Shown here: positions 42,751 to 54,859 of the stretch, one piece after another | Position numbering within the stretch: the stretch's first letter is position 1 | Layout of the letters: each line of letters opens with the position of its first letter | Assembly (NCBI GenBank): GCA_051599415.1 | Contig: AP039692.1 | Coordinates: 372,001 to 436,000, forward strand | Length of the DNA: 64,000 nt | Origin: Savitreella phatthalungensis | Taxonomy: Eukaryota | Direction of reading: 5' to 3' | Program-made: the position numbers and the translations under genes | The notes under the pieces: generated by a model | Database searches by the model: none | What the model was told of the DNA's origin: nothing | Seen by the model: only the letters and a program-made list of their open reading frames with translations

Positions 42751-44865
42751 ATGTCACAAGTCGAAGCTCTCGAGACGACGATACAGGAATTGAGCTGGCG
42801 CGGTCTTGTCGAGTCTGCCAAATGGCTGCTAGAGCTTCGTCTGTCTCTGACAGCAGACGGTATGTCAAGCTGGCCGAAAGAGTTGCACGGCCGTGAAGCT
42901 GAGTCCGACACGTCCTCGGCAAAATCAGCCGAATTGATGCTCGCAAAAAGCTACTTTGACTGTCGGGAATTCGCTCGCTCTGCTCATGCTATAGCTCCCG
43001 ATCTTAGAAGAAGCAGTCGCAAGGCTCGCTTCCTCTACTTCTACTGCGAGCTACTGCTGCTCCAGCGCCGGGTCGCAGAGGAAGACGAAACTGGATTCGG
43101 TTTACCGACGGAGAACGACCCGGAGCGCGACATGGAAACGGCAAGGACCATGCATGAGCTCGAGGAAATGTGCGCAGAAAATGCTGACTCCTACTTGGAC
43201 TACCTACTCGGTCTGTACGCCATTGAGACTAAACAGCGTGAGCTCGCTGCCGAGCACTTCATACGCTCCGTCTCGCGAAACGCATATAATTGGGCAAGCT
43301 GGCGTGAGCTGGCCAGCCTTACGGCAAGCACGAACGACGTTAGCCGCATGCTCTCGTCAGTTGATATCAGCGACATGTCTCGCATATTCCGCGTGGTTGC
43401 GTTGACCGAATTACATAAAAGCGACGATTCGATCGAAGAAGAGCTCGAAGCTCTGAATCGCACGTTTCCCGGAAATCACTTCTTCACTCTCCTCGCTGCG
43501 GTCCAATGTCACAACGTGCAGGACTTCGAAGGAGCCAAAACTCTATTTGAGCGTGTTTATATGGGACAGGATCCTTTCAGACTCGACTATATCGATCATT
43601 ACTCCAATGTCTTATTCGTCCTAGACCAGCGCAAGTCGCTGGCCTACCTCGCAAGACGGTTGATGGAGACCGATCGGCATAGACCCGAGACTTGTACAGT
43701 GATTGGAAATTACTATTCCAATATCGGGGAGCATGAGCAGGCGGTCGCGTACTTCCGGCAGGCTCTTCAGCTTGATGCTCGGTATGCATCCGCATGGACT
43801 TTGATGGGCCACGAATACGTCGAGCTCAAGAACCCACATGCAGCGATCGAGTCGTATCGCAGAGCGATCGATTTCGATAGAAGAGATTATCGCGCTTGGT
43901 ATGGACTTGGACAGACATACGAGATGCTGGAAATGCACTACTACGCCTTGCATTATTTCGAGCGTGCTGCAGCCTTGAAGCCGCTGGACGCTCGGATGTG
44001 GAACGCGATAGCTGGCTGCTTCGAGAAGCTCGGACGTTTTCACGAAGCCATTCGAGCGCTTCGTCGAGCGCTTGGACCTGCGCTTGACACAGCTGCTGGC
44101 GCATTGGACGACGAGGCCACTGCATCCGCGGACGAGCCGACCACGACTAGACTGGTCTCGCTGGTTGCTGGACTCGGCCTCGATGCACACTATGTGTCGC
44201 GTCTCGCCACGATCGCCGAGAAGCTAGGCGACATCGATCAGGCGTGGCGGTGCAATGCGCTCGCTGTCGCGATAGCCTTGTCAAACGACGATCAATATCG
44301 AGACTCAATAAGTGGCAACAGTAGCGGCGGCCTCGCGCCTGCTGGGATCATGCAAAACGGACAAAGTGAGCATACGGTCCACGCAACAGCACCAGCAGCA
44401 AACGCGATGACGGCGACCACAGGCGTCTCCGATCATCTGGATCAGATGGACTTGACAGATAGTCCGTCGACCACTCATGGCGGTGGCGGCCGGTCTGTGC
44501 GACACGGCGTTCGCACGCGTTCACGTGCGGCTTCCAACGCCACTGTATTGACTTACGCTACTGGATCGGCTGGATCGCCTCAACTAAGGCGCTCATCGAC
44601 TATGGCAGACATCTCGCAGGACCCAAGAGCACTCGCACGCGCGACGTCAGGAATGACGAATCCAGATCACGAAAGAACGACTTCGATTGAACGCGACCCA
44701 GCGGCGCTCCCTGTCGAATTTGCATCGGCGTGTGTATGGCTGTCGCGATTCGCCAAGTCGCGCGGTAATGACGCTCAAGCTCGGCATTACGCATCCCTCA
44801 TTGGCTACCTCGACGAAGGTCGCTCCCTGCTCAAGCAGCTCGATCGCAGCACGGCCAGTCGGTAG
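42751..44865 (+). CDS. CDC23: APC/C subunit 8 (Cdc23/Cut23)
   Basis: RGLVESAKWLLE, LAKSYFDCREF, RPETCTVIGNYYS, AWTLMGHEYVELKN, DYRAWYGLGQTYE TPR motifs. Confidence 0.95.
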   Translation: MSQVEALETTIQELSWRGLVESAKWLLELRLSLTADGMSSWPKELHGREAESDTSSAKSAELMLAKSYFDCREFARSAHAIAPDLRRSSRKARFLYFYCELLLLQRRVAEEDETGFGLPTENDPERDMETARTMHELEEMCAENADSYLDYLLGLYAIETKQRELAAEHFIRSVSRNAYNWASWRELASLTASTNDVSRMLSSVDISDMSRIFRVVALTELHKSDDSIEEELEALNRTFPGNHFFTLLAAVQCHNVQDFEGAKTLFERVYMGQDPFRLDYIDHYSNVLFVLDQRKSLAYLARRLMETDRHRPETCTVIGNYYSNIGEHEQAVAYFRQALQLDARYASAWTLMGHEYVELKNPHAAIESYRRAIDFDRRDYRAWYGLGQTYEMLEMHYYALHYFERAAALKPLDARMWNAIAGCFEKLGRFHEAIRALRRALGPALDTAAGALDDEATASADEPTTTRLVSLVAGLGLDAHYVSRLATIAEKLGDIDQAWRCNALAVAIALSNDDQYRDSISGNSSGGLAPAGIMQNGQSEHTVHATAPAANAMTATTGVSDHLDQMDLTDSPSTTHGGGGRSVRHGVRTRSRAASNATVLTYATGSAGSPQLRRSSTMADISQDPRALARATSGMTNPDHERTTSIERDPAALPVEFASACVWLSRFAKSRGNDAQARHYASLIGYLDEGRSLLKQLDRSTASR

Positions 44866-44986
44866 GATGGATCCCCACAGACGGAGTTGAAAAGGTTCGC
44901 TGCAAAAAATATAGCATACTTTCAGTAAATAGGAGATTGACAGTCGATCGAGAAACTGAAGCATCGGTACTACGATTCAATTTGCT

Positions 44987-47900
44987 TCAGGCTAGATACA
45001 TATCAAGAAAGCCGTCGCCAGCGTCTTGCTGATTGTCGAGTCGTGTGACGTAGTCGGATTGTGAATCGGGAAGAGCCGTCACGCCGGAGTCGCCGTTGAT
45101 AATTGGAGCATGGTGATGCGTATCGTCGTCCGACTGGACGCCACCACCGGAATGCATGAACGAAAGGGCAGCAGCGGCCACATCTTCCGCAGTTTCGCCG
45201 CCCATGTTGTGATCCTCTTGACTGGCCGAGACAGCCGCGAAAGGGTTATTCGCTGTGAGTTTAAGCTCGGAATGAAGTGGAAGAAGGTGATGGTGACCGT
45301 GATGATGATGGTGGTGGTGGCTGACAGCTGCATAGTCATCAGCAGAGAAGCCATGCAGGCCTGACAAGGCGGCATTGTCTTGCTGGACCAGCGATGCATC
45401 TGTGTCATCCATCTGCTCGTCATGATGAGGATTACTGCCAGACGGTTCATTGGTCGAATCCAGCCTTGGGGCTGTATCGGTATCAGCTGGGCGCCAGCGC
45501 AGAGGCACAGGCGTATCATGACTGGCCATCGTGTCGTCAGGATACCCGGATATGTCTGCCGACGGAGACCTGGCAGTGTCTGTGCCGTCGTCAGCCTTGG
45601 AGGCTGACGGTGGAATCCAAGTCGCGGGATCAATCCCCTGGGCGATCAATTCCTCGCGCTTCTTCTTCGAGAGACGAGGCTTGCGGGTCGTCTTTGATTC
45701 TGTGACTGAGGGTGGCGGCGTGTCGGCTATCGGGTACAGCTCGTGCACCTTGCTGCGGAAAAAGTTGAGCTCTTCACGCAGTAGAACCTCGGCACCTTCG
45801 ATTTTGCGAAGGTAAAATTTGAGAGTGGGTAGCTCGGCAGATGTCAGAGACATGAAAGATGATAGGAATGGTCGCAGCCTTGCGCGGAAAGCGTTTGCAT
45901 TGGACACAATAAAGTCCAGCTTGTCGACCTCAAGCAACTGCAATGGAAGCTGCTTTCCGTTTTGTAGTAGGGCTTGCAGGGCTTCAACTGATGGTCGATG
46001 CGCGATGCGCGGGATTTCTTTACGCCAATCACATACTGGACAAATGTAGCGATCGTCTTCGCCTTTCACGTCCTTCTTTAAAATCTTGAGACAGCGGCAA
46101 TGATACCATTCGTGACAAACATCGCATTCGAGCATGAGACCTGCTTCAGGTTTCCGACAGAGGCAGAACACATCTGGTCGTTGTTCCGTCTGTCGTGGCT
46201 CTGGGGTATTTTCGCGGGACGAGGGCTCGACGGGATCTCGATACACATCGTCGAGGTCAAGGACCACAGCGTTGTGCTTGGCAACGTAGTCTAGATGTGA
46301 GCTGATCGTCTCCTGAGGTGCATTCGCTTTGCCAAAAATCCGCTTGACAGGCTTGAGCCAGTCGTGTACTTCGTCGAGTGCTTCTTCTAGCTTGTGGATC
46401 AAATCCGGAATCTGCAAGCTTGACGCGATCGCTTTTTCATGCATGATACGTGCTTGCTCAAGTGTCGGCCGGCTGGAGAGATTTGGATGGCCCATAGCTA
46501 GTACCATTGCCCGTGCTTCGTCCTCGACCTGTCCGAGACGCTGGCGGAGCGCTTGCAGGTTAGCCAGGGTTTCGGGCTTTGTGCAGATCGAGCTTGCCTT
46601 AGATAGCCAGTCATCCACGTCAGCCAGATCGAGCTTTTCTTCCTCTTCACGCTTCAACAAAGTCAGCGCCCCTGCTTCCCATGCTTCTCCAGCGTCTCGC
46701 ATGTGTTGCAATTTGTACATCTCCAAACTTGTTTCCGGCACACCACAAGCTTGGCCATCGAGCCACATCTCCGCAACTTCAGTGAGACTGATCGTTGTTT
46801 CGAGTGCTGGGCGAACACGCTCCAGCCACTGCACTTGCTTCTGGTAGATCTTGAAGCGGTCCAGGAACGGGATTTCGACGTTGAGGTCTTCGCCGCGGTC
46901 AATGATTCGTTGACAATCAGCCGGAGTGATGGCACCTGTTTTGGCGAGACTGTCAGCCTCGCTTTGCCACGCCTGTACAGCGGCCGCTTTTTCGCGCAGT
47001 GTTGTGATCTCCGTGCATGAAAAGGCAAGCGTTTCCGCCAGTGCGAGTAGGCGCTCCAGTTGTGCAGTGTCGCGTTTCAGTTTCGCAGGACCATCTGTAG
47101 TCAGTTGTGCGGAATCTTTCCTACCATTGCTCTCGGCAGCATCCGCGCTCTTTCGAGTGTCACGAGATGCCATCAGTTGCTTGAGCTTTTCACTTTTGCG
47201 TCGGCCGATACCTGAGGTTTTCTTGGTGGTGAAGGCTGAAGCTTGATCTATCCATTCGTTGGCTCGTGCAATGAACTTCTTGAGAGTAATTACCTCTTTT
47301 ATAGGGAAGGCGATACGCTCACCTTCAGATGCCAACGCGCGCAAGGTTTTCAAGGCAGGCCGCTCCTCCTTCTGAAGCACGGAAGCCAGCTTAGCCTTCC
47401 AGGCTTCTGGCATGTTCGCGCGCTCGCTTACTGTACGTTGTATTTGTTGCAGTTCGGAGTCAGTCTGGCGGACACGCAGCGAGCGGCGACTAGCGTCACA
47501 ATCACAAAGTCGATCAGCGTGGTCAAGGCACGTCACCTTTGAGGTGCATGCGCATGCAATCTGCGACAGATAGCAGTAGGTCTTGCAATGGCCGCACATG
47601 TATCCATCCTCCATTTGCTCACGATCAATGACAGTCTCGCGAAGACCATCTGTAGAAGCACTGCGAACAGTTGCGCGGCCTTTCAGCTCACGTTCAACCA
47701 TCTCCGTAAGAGCAGGCGCGAGCCACTGGGCGGTCTTGATGCTTTGATCGGCCTTGTTGGCAATGAGCAGAAGTTCATCGTGTGAGAAGACAGGCTGACG
47801 GCTGTGCGTCTGGTAGCGAGCCACACATTCACGAGAGTAGCCTTCTGCCATCCAGTCCGGGGTGGCAAAATTGACAGCCTCGTTAAAGTTGAAGCCCTGG

Positions 47901-49735
47901 TTGAAGCCTGCGTGATATGCCTGCGGAAAAGTAACAATGAACTCGTTTGCATGTTGGTTGCAAGAGAAGACATTGACACCTTCCTTGCGCAGAAGCTCGG
48001 GACTGAGAATGGTCACAAGCTGGAGTAGAAGATCAGGTTGCTGTTCGAAGAGGTCTGGCACTGCTTTGCGCATGACTTCTTCGAATTTGTGCGCATCCGA
48101 TCCGGGAATGCCGTACCAAGTCTTAGTTTCTCCGAAATGCTGGTAGTTGATGGAATACGTATAGTGGTCCTCGTTATGCCAGCAGAAGGTTGAAAAGCAC
48201 ATGCCAACGTATAGCCAAGGAACGATCATTCCGTCAAGGTCCCCCTTTACGTAGCGTAACAGCGAGTTGTCGAGCTTGGCGATGTTGTTTAGGTTCCAAG
48301 GATCGATCGCATACTTGTCAAGCGGAAAGCGTTCGAGTGTTGCGAAAGCTGATCCTGTGACGGTGGAATGAATATCAGCACCGTATTCCACCTCGGTATC
48401 ATCCTCGACATCTTGCACAAGTCGCCAGAACTCCCGCTCGACGAAATCTTCAGAATTCGCGCTGATGAACTGGTCAGGATTGCGCTGCTGTTGCTTCTGG
48501 AAGTAGGCGGCCTTCCAAGCGTTAGCCTTAGCCTGAAAATCTGCTAGAGTGTAGACACCTCCGTCTTCAAAGCCGAACTCGCCACGGCCAACAAGACACT
48601 GCGGGCAATACCAATCGACCTTTGGGATACTTTGGAGTGGGGGGTCGAGGCAAAAAGTGTGGTAGCCATTCTCGCATCCATCGCAAAGAAGCATCTGCTT
48701 TTCGTCGTCTCCTCGACCACAGACCTCACAATCTTCGCCGGGTCTAAGCTTCTTCATTTTAGTAGCGACCTTCTTGCTGGGTGTGCTGCTACGCGCGGCA
48801 ATCGCATCAGCACGACGCTTCAGCTTAGACTGAAGGCGCGTGCCTCTTGTCTCTGTCGGAGTTTCTGCCGAAGAGGCCTTGTCGACTGGGTCCGTAGGAC
48901 TGGATGCATCTGGCGTCTGAGAACCGCGTTCACGCTTGGGCGGCGTGTTGAGACATGCGTCTTCAGATCTTGTGGTCGCACTCGTCGCTGCTGCAGCCTC
49001 TGCCGCTGCATTCTCAGCTTTTGTGCGGGCGACAAAGTCTTCATAAGGCAAGATTGTTCGCTCATAGGCAGCTTTGAGTGTCGGAGCGTGCTCCGAGGAG
49101 AGCTTTGCATTCAAACCCAGCTGAATGCCGATAGCGATCCATGCCTGACTAGCCGCGGACTTCACATCACCTGTGCTGCCGTTGCTGCCAGACGTGGCCA
49201 GAGATTGATAACCACCGTTCTTAGTGACAGCGTCGCGTAAGCTCCACAAATTGATCGGCTTTCCATCGATGCTGGGTAGTCCGCGAAGAGGCTTGCCTCG
49301 CTGTGCATGGAAATTGAAGACTTGATCGATGTAGTTAAGGCTGGCTCTGCATCGTGCTTCCATCGAGTTCAGTGTCTGCTTGCGTGTCTTGAAGCGAAAT
49401 GTGCGTGTGTCGAGACGAAAATCGGGACGCCATCCTGTTGGTGGGATGATCTTGACAATACCGTACTGTTTGCCTTCTGGCGCAATCTTTTGGATGTATG
49501 AGAGTGGGTCATGGAATTCATCTTCTGAAGGTCTGTAAGTCGGGCAGTCTTGCAGTCCGAAGAGACGTTTCTCGCTTGCGCTGTCCTTCTGTGAGTAATT
49601 GTGCTCGCGCTCCACTGTAGACAGATCGAGTTGTGTCCCAAACTTCCTCCCGGAACTAGAGCGGCCAGCGTTTGATCCCATTGCGGGCATCGAGGCTCCT
49701 GACTTTCGCGCATTGCCTCTCATGCGTTCAACCAT
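44987..49735 (-). CDS. LID2: KDM5/JARID1 H3K4 demethylase (JmjN, ARID, PHD, JmjC, C5HC2, PLU-1, PHD)
   Basis: CPTYRPSEDEF, ARID INLWSLRDAV, PHD CEVC..LLCDGC, JmjC FCWHNEDH...AYHAGFN with intact Fe ligands, second PHD FCLCR..ECDVCHEWYH. Confidence 0.93.
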   Translation of the reverse strand: MVERMRGNARKSGASMPAMGSNAGRSSSGRKFGTQLDLSTVEREHNYSQKDSASEKRLFGLQDCPTYRPSEDEFHDPLSYIQKIAPEGKQYGIVKIIPPTGWRPDFRLDTRTFRFKTRKQTLNSMEARCRASLNYIDQVFNFHAQRGKPLRGLPSIDGKPINLWSLRDAVTKNGGYQSLATSGSNGSTGDVKSAASQAWIAIGIQLGLNAKLSSEHAPTLKAAYERTILPYEDFVARTKAENAAAEAAAATSATTRSEDACLNTPPKRERGSQTPDASSPTDPVDKASSAETPTETRGTRLQSKLKRRADAIAARSSTPSKKVATKMKKLRPGEDCEVCGRGDDEKQMLLCDGCENGYHTFCLDPPLQSIPKVDWYCPQCLVGRGEFGFEDGGVYTLADFQAKANAWKAAYFQKQQQRNPDQFISANSEDFVEREFWRLVQDVEDDTEVEYGADIHSTVTGSAFATLERFPLDKYAIDPWNLNNIAKLDNSLLRYVKGDLDGMIVPWLYVGMCFSTFCWHNEDHYTYSINYQHFGETKTWYGIPGSDAHKFEEVMRKAVPDLFEQQPDLLLQLVTILSPELLRKEGVNVFSCNQHANEFIVTFPQAYHAGFNQGFNFNEAVNFATPDWMAEGYSRECVARYQTHSRQPVFSHDELLLIANKADQSIKTAQWLAPALTEMVERELKGRATVRSASTDGLRETVIDREQMEDGYMCGHCKTYCYLSQIACACTSKVTCLDHADRLCDCDASRRSLRVRQTDSELQQIQRTVSERANMPEAWKAKLASVLQKEERPALKTLRALASEGERIAFPIKEVITLKKFIARANEWIDQASAFTTKKTSGIGRRKSEKLKQLMASRDTRKSADAAESNGRKDSAQLTTDGPAKLKRDTAQLERLLALAETLAFSCTEITTLREKAAAVQAWQSEADSLAKTGAITPADCQRIIDRGEDLNVEIPFLDRFKIYQKQVQWLERVRPALETTISLTEVAEMWLDGQACGVPETSLEMYKLQHMRDAGEAWEAGALTLLKREEEEKLDLADVDDWLSKASSICTKPETLANLQALRQRLGQVEDEARAMVLAMGHPNLSSRPTLEQARIMHEKAIASSLQIPDLIHKLEEALDEVHDWLKPVKRIFGKANAPQETISSHLDYVAKHNAVVLDLDDVYRDPVEPSSRENTPEPRQTEQRPDVFCLCRKPEAGLMLECDVCHEWYHCRCLKILKKDVKGEDDRYICPVCDWRKEIPRIAHRPSVEALQALLQNGKQLPLQLLEVDKLDFIVSNANAFRARLRPFLSSFMSLTSAELPTLKFYLRKIEGAEVLLREELNFFRSKVHELYPIADTPPPSVTESKTTRKPRLSKKKREELIAQGIDPATWIPPSASKADDGTDTARSPSADISGYPDDTMASHDTPVPLRWRPADTDTAPRLDSTNEPSGSNPHHDEQMDDTDASLVQQDNAALSGLHGFSADDYAAVSHHHHHHHGHHHLLPLHSELKLTANNPFAAVSASQEDHNMGGETAEDVAAAALSFMHSGGGVQSDDDTHHHAPIINGDSGVTALPDSQSDYVTRLDNQQDAGDGFLDMYLA

Positions 49736-50315
49736 GTTGGATGTTGGAGATTGTTATGAGCGATCTGCTCGCTGACAGTCTGCCGCTGTCGAAGCGACTC
49801 AGACTGTTCTGAGGCAAATGTGAACGTTGCGAGGTTGGATTGAGCAGGGTTGTCCTGTACTGCCACACTAACAGTCTTGAGAGCTCAAAATGTCTAACTA
49901 CGACAAATAGCTTGTAGGCCTGCCTGTTTCCACCTTAGCTCAGACTGAAACGACAACGGGTTGAGGCGAATGACTGGCTTGCTCTGAGCAAAAGTCGAGA
50001 CGAGAGATTACCAGCCGCTTCTTGTTGTTGGCCAGCTTTTGAAAACAGGCTACGAAGAGCAATAGCTCTTGAATGGCGACAATACTTCGATGACTTGTCA
50101 ATTTCCTTGGCAATGAATCGTGTATTCGGTGGGCCGGTGGTATGTGCAGATTCAAATGATCACGATCGATTGTGCACGTAGCCAACTCTTTTGACGATTT
50201 GTACTGATCCAATCTTCCACAACCTTTTTTTCTTTCCTATCGTGGAGAGATTGAGCGGAAAGTGACCCCCAAGTGGTGGAAGGGGCAAAGAGAATCCAGA
50301 GAGACAAGCTGAAAA

Positions 50316-50368
<53 letters not shown>

Positions 50369-50374
50369 AAGAGA
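50316..50374. repeat. Purine (AG)n tract with a 12-nt higher-order unit AAAGAGAGAGAG
   Basis: Seen directly, upstream of LID2. Confidence 0.9.
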
Positions 50375-51575
50375 ACAAGTCAAGTCAGATTGAGCATTTC
50401 AATGGCTTGGTTTACATCTCCACTACCTACCATCGTATTCAACAAGCCTAGAGCAATGGCACAGGATCTTCATCAGAGCGGGGCTTCACAGCTTCAGGTC
50501 TCAGCAAAGCGCGCAGTGAAGTCTGAATTGAATGGAAGAAAGCCAAAGGCATCAGGCGCAACTTTTGGATCCTATAGCTTGCAACGGTCAAGTGGGTGAA
50601 CATCAAAAATTGGATTCAACTTCTGTTATCCCCAATTTACACTATCTGCATGGGCTGAAAAATCGACCATACTCGTCTGGTTCAGATTTGATTTAGGGTG
50701 ATCATCTTGCACATGCATGCAAGTCATCAGTCTGAGTTCATGCCATCGATCATCCATCAAAGCATTCAAGTCAGATGGATATCTGATATATCAAATATCA
50801 AGAAGGGCCAGTGCTCTGGGTCAATTGTTCTCTCGCTCAGCTATTCCTGATAATGATCGATCAAGTTGAGTTCTATCGACTTTGAATTTTCATCAGACTA
50901 ACTTAAAATCAGTGAAAAATTCATTTTCAGAGGTTTCAAAATGTAGACAGATTTGAGTGGAAAGACGAATGCCTGCACCACCCTCACAATTTAATTGATA
51001 AATTAAGCTATCGATAAGAAAACAGCTAGTGTCCTGTTCACTGTATGTGGCCAGGCATATGGTATATACAGTACTGCAGTAATCACAAAATCTGCGTTGT
51101 ATCACAGTTATCACTGCAGATTCTACAACCAGCTCATCGGCAACTCGAGGTATGCACAATTTGAATTTACCTCCGAAGGTCGACCGTACATGCGCTCAAT
51201 CGAGCGTACCTGTATCGATCAATGTATGCCATGCTGTCTGATCTGTTTACAAACACCGCGTGAAACGCAATACCAATGTCAACGTCGAATGACGCGGATC
51301 ATCCTTACAGCTTGAAGGACGAAGTGAGAAATCTTCAATGTGCTAAGTCAAGCTGTCAGCAAAGACCCTGAATAAATTCACGCCCGGACGAATCGCTTTG
51401 ATCACATGTGACGATAGGGGACGTGGACTATCCCTCCAAAAGTGCTGCAAGCTATAAAGACAATTCGTAATAGCCGCTCTGTGTTTCGTTGCGTCACTCC
51501 CATGGTCGTCGGGTCTATTCTGAGCTTAAGGACAGTTGATTGAGCTAAAGATCTACACGCGACCAAAGGCTGATC

Positions 51576-53542
51576 ATGGCTAGAAGGGCCTCCTCACTGC
51601 GTGGGGACATGTCAAACATGTTTCAGACACCTGCCATGAGCTCAACTCCAGCAAGAGATCTAGCAGCAGCCCCTCAAGGGCAAACGCGCCCTGTGCGCCC
51701 GGTATTTTCCGCACTTGCCCTCTCACCCAGGCTGCCTATCAATGTACACATCACCGACAGAGACGTTCTCGACTTAACGTCCAAGGGGAATGCGTCAATG
51801 GCAGATTTCGATTCCACTATCAATGGTCACGGGAGCGCTCGTCCACCTCCTGATGTGGAAGTGAGTGTAAGCGATGATAGAATGGATCGTTTACGACTAT
51901 GGCGACATGACGCACTGCTTCAGCATCAGAACGAGACAGCGATTTTCGTGGCAGACAAAGTCTGGCATATGACACGTAAGCAATCATGCACCCTGCAAGA
52001 ACAAACAAGCTGACACGATGTCCAGGACATCCGACAGATGCCTTCTGGCTCGCACAGGCATTTCTACAGGCGCGACAGTATGCAAGAGCACATGATTTGC
52101 TCACAATAGACGGGCTGCTCGATCGCTCGCTTGCCTGTCGTAAGCTCGCTGCACAGGCCCTCATTGCCCAAGGCAAGTGGGCTGAAACGCTGAGTTTGCT
52201 GGACGACGCAACCTTGCATCTTGATTCCGGGTTCTTGCATAGAGCCATGGCAGGCACAGCATTCAGCTCCCACAATCGAGCGGCACTTGCCAAGAGCACA
52301 GATGGCGGTGTCGCCATCCAGGCGACGGTTCTGTACCTCCGCGGTGTCGCTTATCTCAACCTTGACAATCTCGAACGGGCTAAGCGAGCATTTCAGGAAG
52401 CTGTGGCAAGCGATGTCAAGTGTTATGAAGCGTTCGATCAACTCTTCGCGCACAACTTGATGAGCGCCAAAGAGGAACAGGAGTTCATCCAAGGACTGTC
52501 ATTCGCCGGACTCGCGGATGACGATATCGAGCTTGTACGTGATCTCTACATGCTTCGGCTGAGCAAGTACCGGACCGACACCCTTGTCCAACAACTCAAA
52601 GGCAATCTTATGGAGGGATACCGGCTCGGCGATAACCCGGACGTGCTACAAGCAGAAGCTGAGCATTTGTTTGCCAAATGTCAGTTCCGTAAGTGCCTGG
52701 AATTGACGTCGCGGATCCTCATACTGGATGCCTTCAAATACTCAGTCCTGCCGATCCATCTGACATGTCTGCACGAAACCGGAAAACGCAACGAGCTCTT
52801 TCTGCTAGCTCATGATATGGTAGAGAAGCAGGCAGACGAGCCCGTGTCCTGGTTGGCTGTCGGTATTTACTGCATGGCGATCAATAAAGTGGCTGACGCA
52901 CGACGACATTTTAGCAAGGCTTCGGTGATGAATCCGCGCTTTGGACCGGCATGGATTGGCTTCGCACATTCCTTTGCCGTCGAAGGCGAGCACGATCAAG
53001 CCATTGCAGCCTACACGACCGCGGCGCGGCTACTTCAGGGCTCACACTTGCCGGCGATGTTCCTCGGAATTCAACACCTACAGCTGGGCAACGTCGTTCT
53101 GGCTGACGAGTACCTCAACACTGCGCTCGACCTCTGCCAAGTCGATCCCCTCCTGCTGAACGAGCTCGGCGTAGTGTGCTTTCACAGGAACCAGTACGGC
53201 GATGCTATCAAATGGTTCAAGCATGCTGTCCTCGTTGCAGGCGAGATTGGAAGCCCTGAATCAATGTGGGCCGCGACTTACGCCAATCTGGGTCATGCTT
53301 ACCGTCGCTTGCGCTTATTCGAGGAAGCTGCTGATTGCTTCGACAGGGTACGCAAGTGGTCACCGTCGGATGCAAGTGCATTTGTAGCACAAGGCACAAT
53401 CCGTCTTCACCTAGGTGATTTCGACGGTGCCATCGAGAGCTTTCACAGAGCTCTAGCAATCCGACCCGGTGATACACTTACAACAGATCTGCTAGAGCGA
53501 GCTCTCGCAGATGCTCTCGAAAGTCACAGCAGTGACTGTTAG
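51576..53542 (+). CDS. CDC16: APC/C subunit 6 (Cdc16/Cut9), intron 51976-52025
   Basis: [91 protein letters not shown] intron. Confidence 0.95.
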
Positions 53543-54691
53543 GCAGTATTCAGCCGTACAGGCGTATCGCCACCACTAGAAGCAGTCCCGTCGCCCTCAA
53601 GATCCGCAAACTCATCCTCCTCAGCACTGCTGCAACTTTCGAAAGTCTCGCCAGTTTCGAGCGAATAGCGGAAGTGAGCTGCCTTCACGAGCTCTCCCCA
53701 TGACAGTACGGTGGAACATGATGGACATTGTCCGATGGTCGGCAGGATCTCTGCGCTTCGTTGCCCGGTATCTGCTTCCTTGAGGAATGCATCTGCGAGG
53801 CAAGTCGCATGGAATAGCCGTTCGCACACCGGATTGGTGCATTTCAGCAAGCTGTGCAGTACTGCAGGACCTGTATCAAAATCTTTCGCGCAGACAAAGC
53901 AATGTTTGTCGTTCTGCTCCGCAAGTTTACGGAGTGAAGCTTCTTGCTGGAGACTCAAGCTGGCGCATTTTGCGTCTAAAGACTTGAGCTGACAAGCATT
54001 GCCGCTCTCCATGGTCGACTTTGAGGCCGGCGGAGCTCCATTTGATTTTTCCTCTACTGTTGCGGTCACATCGAAGTCTTCCACGACCTTGATCCACAGT
54101 GGTAGTTGTATATCAGGCGCCTTGCTCGCCTGTCGCTTCCATATTGTCCATACGTCCGTCGAGAAGAAGCGCACTTCTAATGGCCAGCGGCGGTACGCCG
54201 CGGTCGACAGCATCTTATGCATCAGTAACAATCGACTTGTAAGACTAAAGGTAGGATGCTGCTTGCGCCGGTTCGTCCGTCGCTTTCCCGATTCGACGGT
54301 TGGCTCAGGGGAATGCGATTCTATCGTTTTGGACGTCGGCTCTTTAGCCTTGGTCAAGAGCACATCCGGCTCACGATGACGAGTCAGATGTGGATTTTGC
54401 CAAGCCCACTCAAACTGCAAAGCAGCAAGCTTCGACGGGAAGCCGCTGACGATCAGGACCATCTCCCATGGGCGATGTCTGGACGTACGCCTAGCTCCGG
54501 CTGTGATGTCGCCATTGTGCTGCCGTAGTCGCTACCGTGTCAACACAAAGAGCTCACGCGCATAAGCATGCACTTACCCGGTATGGATCAGGTGTGCTAC
54601 CGATGTAGGTCTTACCGGTCTTGCCCGCCCGCATCGAGCGAAGCAGATAGCACGCGTAGAGTGGCGGTATGCAATGCTGCTTCGACGACAT
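53539..54691 (-). CDS. SLX1: Structure-specific endonuclease Slx1 (GIY-YIG + RING/PHD-like), intron 54532-54577
   Basis: Spliced YACYLLRS...[17 protein letters not shown]...[27 protein letters not shown]-terminal CFVC..C..C..H..CLA..CPSC. Confidence 0.95.
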
Positions 54692-54859
54692 TCGACGCGT
54701 GTCTTGCTTTCGACCTGTGCGTCTCAGTGTCTCAGGGATACCTTGATCTCATTAATTCCATGTATGGTTGTCACACGAATTTCAATTTGTTTTGCGGGAT
54801 GGGGGTGTGTCTGTAAAGACGCGCCTGCTGGCATCGTCTCAATTTCTAATACGCAAGTC

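Noticed and set aside
50160..50599. ORFs containing FSLS and RERK repeats
   Set aside because: Artefacts of the (AG)n tract
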